This document shows, in pieces, positions 56,738 to 64,000 of a DNA stretch of 64,000 bases. Both the position numbers and the translations under genes were made by a program. Where the stretch lies: the IMG/VR virus record IMGVR_UViG_3300028569_000023, positions 1-64,000 of that record; one strand, 5' to 3'. The notes beneath the pieces were generated by a model. The model was not told the origin of the DNA. It ran no database searches and saw only the letters and a program-made list of their open reading frames with translations. This stretch comes from a virus. The stretch's first letter is position 1. The number at the start of each line of letters is the position of its first letter.

Positions 56738-57153
56738 TACTCACCCTTGAGTTTTTGTTTTTTAAGAAGTAATTCTTGAATCTTAGCGTCGATTTCGTCT
56801 TCGGACATGCGATCTGATTCTTCGGACATCTCATCAGGCATCGCCATAGCATCTGATTCGGATGCTTCTTCGAGCATTTCGTCTTCAGCACCGTCAGAGT
56901 ATTCTTCGGACTGATCTTGAAGACCATCCATACCTTCAACGATATCTTCAGCTTTTTCTAAGCCTTTTTTCAGACTTTCAGCATCGGGAGCGGCGACTGA
57001 AACTTTCTTCAGACCGCCGAGTTTAGAACCCATTTTATCGGCCATATCAGCGCGAAGTTCTTGAAGAACGGACTTTTTAGCGCCCATTTCTTCAGGTTTG
57101 ACTTTCTTGCCTTCTTTTAGTTTTTTAGCAAGAAGTGACTTAATCTTATCCAT
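56737..57153 (-). CDS. Hypothetical protein (basic N-terminus, acidic C-terminus)
   Basis: AAGGGGA RBS; late motif upstream. Confidence 0.7.
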   Translation of the reverse strand: MDKIKSLLAKKLKEGKKVKPEEMGAKKSVLQELRADMADKMGSKLGGLKKVSVAAPDAESLKKGLEKAEDIVEGMDGLQDQSEEYSDGAEDEMLEEASESDAMAMPDEMSEESDRMSEDEIDAKIQELLLKKQKLKGE

Positions 57154-57195
57154 TTATTATTCCCCTTGAATTATAATTATTTACGTATATAGTTG

Positions 57196-57855
57196 TTAAA
57201 ACAGTGTTTTTGAGCCGTTTAAAGCCCATAACGCTTGATATATCCAAAGAGTTGGACTATTGTAATCAGATAGGTATCTACCCTTATATTTGTCGCCTAG
57301 TTCTTTAACGATACGAGGGAGTGCTGAGAATTTCACACCTGCTGCATGTAAAAACAATAACTTAACTCGTTTTGTATTAAATACCTTGTTAAAATCAAGA
57401 CTTAGAACGAGCATTAGCTTTTCTAGAACGTTAATTTTACGACCCGCTGCGATCTTAACGAGTGAACGATATTCAGGACGGAGAAGAGAAAACCATTCAG
57501 AATCAATAAGATGACCGTGTTCGTTTTTACCAGTAATCCAAAGACCGTATTCCGTATTTGCAAGGATTTCTCTAGCGATTTCGCCATTATCAAATAGATA
57601 AGATAATACAGCTAGACCTATTAGATTGTCGTGTGAATTGGCTATAGGGTCATTGGGAGATCTTCTGAAATGACCCGGCTTAGTTCTAGTAGAATTAATC
57701 AGAAGCTCGTAGTAAGGCTTAATAGGGCTAATATCGAGCCCTGCAAATTTAGCTTCTAGACATAAGGACGCGAGTTCTAATTGGGAGTTTTGGTGATCCC
57801 ATCCACCCCAATCGTTTAGACTATTGATTATCGCTTGGATTATTGGATGAGTCAT
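57196..57855 (-). CDS. Hypothetical protein
   Basis: 219 aa ORF; SHDNLIG motif. Confidence 0.7.
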   Translation of the reverse strand: MTHPIIQAIINSLNDWGGWDHQNSQLELASLCLEAKFAGLDISPIKPYYELLINSTRTKPGHFRRSPNDPIANSHDNLIGLAVLSYLFDNGEIAREILANTEYGLWITGKNEHGHLIDSEWFSLLRPEYRSLVKIAAGRKINVLEKLMLVLSLDFNKVFNTKRVKLLFLHAAGVKFSALPRIVKELGDKYKGRYLSDYNSPTLWIYQALWALNGSKTLF

Positions 57856-58114
57856 TACTGATAGTTGTTACAGTATCGTCCCATTTGCTCATTGGACATT
57901 TCATTCCATTTAGTCGAGCTTTCGCGTTGAGAAAACAGCCACATTCTCCACAAACTGACATATCTGGCTGGAATTTAGGACAACCTTTACAAATTGACAT
58001 GCGACGTTCAAACTCGTCATTACTAACCGTTATATCCGCTCCAGTTACTGCGTTTTTTGCAACGTTTCTGGCCGATTCAACCGCGAGCTTGAGTTTTGTC
58101 TTAAAATCAGACAC
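57821..58114 (-). CDS. Cys-rich Zn/Fe-S-binding-like protein
   Basis: RMSICKGC...CGECGC...KAR...CP..KW. Confidence 0.75.
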   Translation of the reverse strand: MSDFKTKLKLAVESARNVAKNAVTGADITVSNDEFERRMSICKGCPKFQPDMSVCGECGCFLNAKARLNGMKCPMSKWDDTVTTISNDSSNNPSDNQ

Positions 58115-58579
58115 TTAACCGCCTAGTGCTTTTAGTTGGAGGGATTCTAGAACGACTTGAAGTTCTCCGGGTGCTGCCCCGTCGAAGCCGCCGACAAATC
58201 CGAACTCGTCATCGTCGGAGATTGCTTCTTTCGCAAAGACGTAGAAGTTAGGAATGACGTATTTAGGGACCATTTGCGGAGTACCATCTGGATTTAAGAG
58301 TTTAGTACCGATGAAATTACCACTAGCGTCCTGTTTCGGAGTGCCGTCATCATTTGTTTCATATCCAAATGCTTCCTGAGTTTCGGCGAATTGCTCGTAT
58401 AGCGATTTAACTGTGTTGATTTCGGCGCTAAAGAACTGAATTTCTTCGCCGTAATCCTGTTCTAACTGTTCAAAAACGGGTTTAATCGTTTGGCAATGAT
58501 GACAGTTATTAGCGTAAATAAGAAGAATAGAGAATTCGTGCTGTTTTAATTCGGAAGGATCTAAGAGGATTTTAACCAT
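58115..58579 (-). CDS. Thioredoxin-like protein (leaderless)
   Basis: YANNCHHCQTIKPVF (CxxC), VIP cis-Pro-like; promoter TTGACA-N17-TATACT at 58586-58614. Confidence 0.85.
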   Translation of the reverse strand: MVKILLDPSELKQHEFSILLIYANNCHHCQTIKPVFEQLEQDYGEEIQFFSAEINTVKSLYEQFAETQEAFGYETNDDGTPKQDASGNFIGTKLLNPDGTPQMVPKYVIPNFYVFAKEAISDDDEFGFVGGFDGAAPGELQVVLESLQLKALGG

Positions 58580-58614
58580 AGACGTAGTATATACGGTCTG
58601 AATGGTATTGTCAA

Positions 58615-58654
58615 GAATAAAAGCGAAGGTCCGAACGTTTTACCGTCCGGACCT
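58615..58654 (-). terminator. Rho-independent terminator after tail fibre genes
   Basis: AGGTCCGGACG-GTAAAA-CGTTCGGACCT followed by TCGCTTTTATTC on the minus strand. Confidence 0.7.
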
Positions 58655-58717
58655 GTATTTAACTCAGCGAGACGAACGAAGTGTCGCAGCTAGCTAGGAA
58701 TGCGGAGAGGAGGGAGA

Positions 58718-60451
58718 TCATCTGGGGCCCATGCAGATGAGGTTAAAGTTGCCAGTACTGTCAGCCACGGTTGATGCGCCTGAGTTATAGATTCCCGTGA
58801 TCTTGACCGACGTGCTTGATAGCACTTGGGCTTGGGCTCCATATGTGATTCCGGTATTTGTATTATTGAGAGACGCAACACATGATGGGTTGTCAGAGAA
58901 GGTTCCTGTCGCAAGCGTTAGCGTACAAGAACTTGACGAGATATTCCCAATAGAAGAGATCCAAGATCCGCTTTGACGGGTGATAGACGCCGAAGTCGAG
59001 CAAACTACAGTCGCTCGCTCAACTCTCTCCACCCCTGGACTGCTCGAATACACACTCCCAGGAATGAGCACTTGGGGAGACTTGGGACAGGGGGAGGAGG
59101 CGGTGACGTCTATAATAGCATCAAAAGCAATTGCAGGGTTTGATCCAAAAAGCGAATCTGCGTTTTGAGCAGCAAACGGATTGGCGGTTGATGTCTTGTC
59201 GTTATACCGAATGGCAACACTTGTCCCACCCGATAGCTGCCATATGGTGCCAGTCTTTACCGCCGTGTTTGAAGTCGAGCTTAAGTCCCAATCTCCAGCC
59301 TTAGTGTCACCTTGTGTGAATGTCGGGATTGTAAAGCCCGCCGGAAGCGGAATGATTGCAGGTGTTGCTGTTGGAGTGCCGCCTTGGAATCTGCCCCGCA
59401 TCATAATCTTTTGAGGCGCAATACACTGATAGCGAATATCGACGTTCGTTACCGTTCCAAGCCCCGCAATGGCCGGAGTGTAACTCGTAGGTAACACCCC
59501 CGGAGCATCAAGACGAGCTACGGTCTCGGAGGACGTGGGGAAGCGGGTCACAGACATTGCTGGCCCTGCCTGTATTGTGTAGGAAGAATCAGTTACTCCG
59601 CTGACAAAAAACTCAAAGTAATCATTTGCTGCTGCCTGAATAACGCACGGCTGAGTCGTTAAGGTGGTGAACCCTCCCGCGACGAGACTTGCGGTGCAAG
59701 CTGTAACCTCAGAGCCATTTTTGCGAATGGTAGAGAAAAAATCCCCTGCTCCAGTATTGTCGAGATAAGCGTTGGCGCTTACTAAAAAGTTACCCGAAGA
59801 ACGAACGACGTAACGATTGTTAGTTGTGTCAAAAGAACCCAAGACATCAAGTGTTTTTGAGTTAAGTTGAACCTTTTGAAAACCTGTAGAGCCAATGGCT
59901 TGTGTGGTTGATCTTGTTGCAATAGCTAGAGTCTGAGCCTGAGCCACGGTGCCGATGCTTTTAGCTGCGCCGAGATAAACGTTTGCTACGTTAATAGTGC
60001 TTGTTGTAGCAGCAACGGTTTGAGCGAAACGTACAGTAGTTGCTGTAGAAAGATCACCACATGGGTAAACGAGTGATACTTTATTCACAGTAGTCGTTGC
60101 TGTAAGAGGTGTCGAATTCGCAATAACGCCGTTGATGAGAACCTGAGCTTGCACTGTCGCGCCAGATCCAAGTGTAAGTTTGTAATCAGCGGTCATTTCG
60201 CACGCTTGACCGGACAGCGAGCGGTCTAATGAGTTCGTTGTGAATTCGGCATAATCCGTAGCGGCATCGAGAACGATCTGAACATCGGAGATAGCAGTTA
60301 AAGGAGTAGTTGTGTTGCGAGTAATGACTGCACCAGATGCCGTAATACCACGCGTAGAGTTCTTTAAACCGCTAGGATTCTTGATGAAGTTTCTACCGAA
60401 AGTACCTTGACCTTCGAGGTAATCGATTAATTGTAAACGGTTGGATGACAT
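58718..60451 (-). CDS. Tail fibre / receptor-binding protein (C1q-like domain)
   Basis: T/S/A/G-rich beta protein; FDTTNNRYVV..SGNFLV...NDYFEFFV C1q-like segment. Confidence 0.7.
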   Translation of the reverse strand: MSSNRLQLIDYLEGQGTFGRNFIKNPSGLKNSTRGITASGAVITRNTTTPLTAISDVQIVLDAATDYAEFTTNSLDRSLSGQACEMTADYKLTLGSGATVQAQVLINGVIANSTPLTATTTVNKVSLVYPCGDLSTATTVRFAQTVAATTSTINVANVYLGAAKSIGTVAQAQTLAIATRSTTQAIGSTGFQKVQLNSKTLDVLGSFDTTNNRYVVRSSGNFLVSANAYLDNTGAGDFFSTIRKNGSEVTACTASLVAGGFTTLTTQPCVIQAAANDYFEFFVSGVTDSSYTIQAGPAMSVTRFPTSSETVARLDAPGVLPTSYTPAIAGLGTVTNVDIRYQCIAPQKIMMRGRFQGGTPTATPAIIPLPAGFTIPTFTQGDTKAGDWDLSSTSNTAVKTGTIWQLSGGTSVAIRYNDKTSTANPFAAQNADSLFGSNPAIAFDAIIDVTASSPCPKSPQVLIPGSVYSSSPGVERVERATVVCSTSASITRQSGSWISSIGNISSSSCTLTLATGTFSDNPSCVASLNNTNTGITYGAQAQVLSSTSVKITGIYNSGASTVADSTGNFNLICMGPR

Positions 60452-60469
60452 GTTTTATAATTCCTTTTC

Positions 60470-62122
60470 TTATAGTTCAGAACGAGATACTTCGCGCCAT
60501 AAGGACGATCCGTTATCCCAGCGGAGGGTTAGAATTGATTCAGAATAGGATAACCATTCTCCGTTTAGAGAAAGACCTGTTCCGTTTTCTAAAATGATGT
60601 AATTGGTATTAGAAGTACCGATAAGACGTAAAGTTTGTCCGTCGATAACCCCTAGTGAAATCTGAGGATTAGAAGTAATGTTTACTTCTCCGGAATTACT
60701 AACAATGTAAATATCTTGATCAGTACCTGCGGTAGTTGGAATACCACCAGCGGCTGTGATAATAAACGGCGAAGCGAATGATCCGGACACTATACGGCCT
60801 GAACCGCCTGATCCTCCGATAACCCTATATTTATTTGTATCATTATCGTAGTATAGATAAAGAGATGCGTTATTAGATAAGATTAGATCGAATCCTGTTC
60901 CTGTTAAAATACTCTCAGTTACTGTTCCTGAATCATTTTTTATAGTAATAGAATTACCAGTACCGTTAGTTAAAATCAGATATTCAGGAACACCCGTTGC
61001 CGTAATACCTCTAACTGAAATAAGACCTGAATTTGTAACTTTTAGTACTGTTGAATTAGGAAAAGTTAAAGTTTTAAGACTTCCAGTTGTAGTGGAATCA
61101 ATTACAATACCCGCGCCGTAAATAGCATCTAGATGTTCGAGAACTCCGCTAACTTTTAAACCGCTTGACGATTTGACAAGGGTAGAACCGTCGAGTTCGA
61201 GAGATAACTGATTTCCAGAAATCTCAATTCCTTGACCGTCAGTAGTGATTGTTCCGACTCCAGAGAATTGAACAAACGTTACAGCGGTACTACCAAGAGT
61301 TCCACCTGAATTGATGGTACAGACCCATCCGGTATCAGATCCGGTAGTTCCTTCTTCAACGAATACGAACGCTGAAGTTAGTTTATACCAGGAGTTAGCA
61401 TCGGATGAACGAACTGGAGCACCTGAAGCTTGTACGATATAAATACCGTTATCTGCTTGTGTCGTTTGGTTCTTGATGAGAATACGATCATTGGTAACAA
61501 GAACGATACCGTCGATTGTTGCGCCGTTTTGAAATGCAGTAGCAAGCGTACCGTTTGCGGTAGTCGCGACACGTACTGAATCTTTAACGTCTAGACCTTG
61601 AGCTACTGAATCTACGTATGCTTTATTTGCGAGATCGTTAGCGCCGAGAGGAGCGAAACTGGAAGTGATAGCATTAGCGCCCATATCCAGAACACCGGAC
61701 ATTGTATCCCCGGCTTTATTTACTTTATCGTTAAGTTGAGTCTGAATGCTCGATGTAACACCAGCAACGTGACCTAATTCTGTACTAGTTACGGCACTAG
61801 GAGAAAGAACTCCCGAACCGTCCGATTGGACAGCCCGGTTAGCGGTTAGAGTAGCGAGCTTCGAAACTGCGATATTTGCGCCAGATTTGATATTCCCGTC
61901 GTCAATATTGGAAATGACGTTACCTGTACCATCGGCATCGATGGTCTTATTGGTAAGAGTATCGGTACTAGCGTCGGTTACAACTTTTTCTAAGTTAGAA
62001 CCATCGTGGAATTTCAACCGTCCAGTTGAATCATCTACTTCCATTTCGCCTTTTTCGTCGGCGGTGGAAGTAGACTTAGGAACGATTCGAAGTCCTAGAA
62101 AGAACTTTTTGAATAAATTCAT
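60470..62122 (-). CDS. Tail fibre protein
   Basis: ANKAYVD, KDSVRVAT, DRILIKNQ...NGIY, FVEEG motifs. Confidence 0.8.
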   Translation of the reverse strand: MNLFKKFFLGLRIVPKSTSTADEKGEMEVDDSTGRLKFHDGSNLEKVVTDASTDTLTNKTIDADGTGNVISNIDDGNIKSGANIAVSKLATLTANRAVQSDGSGVLSPSAVTSTELGHVAGVTSSIQTQLNDKVNKAGDTMSGVLDMGANAITSSFAPLGANDLANKAYVDSVAQGLDVKDSVRVATTANGTLATAFQNGATIDGIVLVTNDRILIKNQTTQADNGIYIVQASGAPVRSSDANSWYKLTSAFVFVEEGTTGSDTGWVCTINSGGTLGSTAVTFVQFSGVGTITTDGQGIEISGNQLSLELDGSTLVKSSSGLKVSGVLEHLDAIYGAGIVIDSTTTGSLKTLTFPNSTVLKVTNSGLISVRGITATGVPEYLILTNGTGNSITIKNDSGTVTESILTGTGFDLILSNNASLYLYYDNDTNKYRVIGGSGGSGRIVSGSFASPFIITAAGGIPTTAGTDQDIYIVSNSGEVNITSNPQISLGVIDGQTLRLIGTSNTNYIILENGTGLSLNGEWLSYSESILTLRWDNGSSLWREVSRSEL

Positions 62123-62154
62123 TTACTTGATTCCTTACTTAATAGTTGTTAACG

Positions 62155-63999
62155 TTATACGCTTGTCGTCACTGCCCTAAATTTGATCTCTAAACTAGCG
62201 AATCCTGCGTAGTTTCCGCTTGTATATTGAACTTGTCCACCGGAGGTGATTTCGAAGTTAACAAGACTAGCGTCGCCTGTCGATTCGATAGACATAACGA
62301 AGTCAGATCCGCGTTGAATACCTAAAAGCTTAAAGGATTCAAATAGATCGGCTGCCGCATCGACTTTAACGCTGATAAGGGCGTCAAATGAACGGACTAC
62401 AGCAGGGTTGAACGATAGACCAGTGACGTTCGCGGGTGAAGCTTGGTTATTAGAACCAGCGAATGAGGTTTCAGAGATGTCGCCAGGAGAACCGCCAGAA
62501 CTCGCGAGATCTACGATAGTTTGAACTGTTACTTTCTTTAGAGCACCCGAATCGCTAGCATCTGCTACAAGGATTTCATCGCCTAAAGCAGCGGTAACTA
62601 GAGTAGCGTCTGAAGGATCTACTGTGAAAGTACGGTTAGCTGAAATATCGCCACCGCCAGAAAGACCGCCTCCTGCTGTTAAAGTAACAGAGGTATGGTC
62701 GATATGCTGATCCGCTACGTAATTTAATAACGAATCGTGGTCGACTCCTGCTGGAAGTACTGTTGCCGAAATGCTATCAGCGGCATCATTATAAACTAAA
62801 CTGACAGAAGTAGTATTGGTTAAAGTCGCACCTACTGCATCATGTACCGCTTCGTCAAAATCGGAAATTTGACCACTAGCGATGACAATTGGAGTAGCGG
62901 AAACAGCGCTCACTCGTCCTTGAGCATCAGTAGTAATACTCAACGTTTCACTGGCGCTACCCTCACTTCCGGGAGTACCAACGTTAGGCATGGAGATACT
63001 AACGTTACCGTCGATAGTTCCGCCGCCGCTTAATCCTGCTCCAGCACTGACTGAAATAGCAGAGTGGTCGATATGTTCGTTAGCTACATAGTTTTGTAAT
63101 GCATCGTGATCGACGCCAGCAGGAAGAACCGTCGCTTCTATAGTTCCAGCGCCGTCGTTATATACGAGATCAACGGAAGAGGTATCGGTTAGAATAGCAC
63201 CGACTGCATCCTGGGCACGTTCGTCGGTGAAATAAAGAGCAGTACCTTCTGCGATATCATCTGTATCTAGAACGACAACACCTTGCTGTCCGTTTACTGA
63301 AACAACAGAGTTAGAGTTTACTGATTTTTCCCAAATAGCTCCGCTATAAAGAACCCAGTCACCGACTGCAAATGTAATGTTACCTGCTCCAAAGTCTTGA
63401 GTACCAGCTACACTTACTAGATATACGTCTCCAGAATTACCTGTACCATTTACAAGAGTAGGAGTGTTGGTACTAGCATCGTATGTGCCTTTGAACTCCA
63501 TAACAGTGTTCGGAAGTTGTGATGCAGGGATTTTACCGCCAGCATCAAGAGTCGCGACACCGTTGTTTGCTCCCTTTTCGGAGTCATCGATTTTATCGTT
63601 TAATTGAGTTTGAATATCACTTGTAACACCGCCTAGATATTGGAATTCAGCATTACTGACTGATCCATCTGCTAGTTTAGAAGCATCGATAGCTGCTCCT
63701 GATTTGATATCAGCGTTTTCGATGTTAGTGATAGTGTTAGCATCAGCATCGATTGTTTTGTTAGTAAGGGTTACAGATGCTGAGTTCTTAGTGGCATCGC
63801 TTGTATTATCTACGTTACCTAATCCCACATCTGCTTTAACTAATCCTGTCGGAGAGTTAATCACAGGGGCAGTTAATGTTTTGTTAGTAAGAGTAGCAAC
63901 CGCTGCATCTTTCGTAGCATCGCTTGTGTTATCTACGTTACTTAACCCGACATCAGCTTTGACCAGTCCAGTAGGCGAACTGATAGCAGGTGCAGTTAG
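62155..63999 (-). CDS. Tail fibre protein, 5'-truncated by window end
   Basis: Frame is open to the window end; KADVGLGNVDNTSD repeats, NGVATLD..GKIP..QLP, YFTDERA. Confidence 0.8.
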   Translation of the reverse strand, partial: LTAPAISSPTGLVKADVGLSNVDNTSDATKDAAVATLTNKTLTAPVINSPTGLVKADVGLGNVDNTSDATKNSASVTLTNKTIDADANTITNIENADIKSGAAIDASKLADGSVSNAEFQYLGGVTSDIQTQLNDKIDDSEKGANNGVATLDAGGKIPASQLPNTVMEFKGTYDASTNTPTLVNGTGNSGDVYLVSVAGTQDFGAGNITFAVGDWVLYSGAIWEKSVNSNSVVSVNGQQGVVVLDTDDIAEGTALYFTDERAQDAVGAILTDTSSVDLVYNDGAGTIEATVLPAGVDHDALQNYVANEHIDHSAISVSAGAGLSGGGTIDGNVSISMPNVGTPGSEGSASETLSITTDAQGRVSAVSATPIVIASGQISDFDEAVHDAVGATLTNTTSVSLVYNDAADSISATVLPAGVDHDSLLNYVADQHIDHTSVTLTAGGGLSGGGDISANRTFTVDPSDATLVTAALGDEILVADASDSGALKKVTVQTIVDLASSGGSPGDISETSFAGSNNQASPANVTGLSFNPAVVRSFDALISVKVDAAADLFESFKLLGIQRGSDFVMSIESTGDASLVNFEITSGGQVQYTSGNYAGFASLEIKFRAVTTSV

Positions 64000-64000
64000 C

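Noticed and set aside
58615-58800. Diversity-generating retroelement target at the fibre C-terminus
   Set aside because: No reverse transcriptase or template repeat is seen in the window, and the hairpin fits a terminator.
3934-63033. Many short antisense or nested ORFs in the track (e.g. 3934-4374, 41308-41721, 44761-45183, 59181-59414)
   Set aside because: They are shadows of longer motif-bearing genes and have no RBS or recognisable motifs.
1-64000. Stop-codon reassignment
   Set aside because: Genes are full length under the standard code and use TAA, TAG and TGA as stops.

Overview
This window is the left ~64 kb of a large, AT-rich, podovirus-like dsDNA phage. Position 1 may be at or near a genome end, and no integrase or repressor is visible. 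1-800 is a non-coding control region. It holds an array of sigma54 (RpoN) -24/-12 motifs, IHF-consensus sites, a candidate rightward sigma54 promoter, a highly structured leader RNA and a complete pseudoknotted type II hammerhead ribozyme just before the first gene. 800-16,500 (+) carries many small early genes, rIIA/rIIB-like genes, a hexapeptide-repeat protein, a collagen-like lipoprotein, a 4-copy intergenic element, an atypical tRNA-like RNA and a deaminase. 16,600-43,500 (+) covers nucleotide metabolism and replication: class I RNR, ThyX, exonucleases, ERF, primase-helicase, a family B polymerase split in two by an HNH gene, RNA ligase, kinases, MazG-like protein and a second tRNA-like ncRNA. 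43,500-64,000 (-) holds virion genes: ejection proteins, nozzle, adaptor and tail fibres, the last running off the window end. Six genes appear to be leaderless (consensus sigma70 promoter with ATG exactly 6 nt after the -10 box), and four minus-strand genes share the upstream motif TAACAACTAT. All calls come from motif reading by eye; no database searches or folding programs were run.
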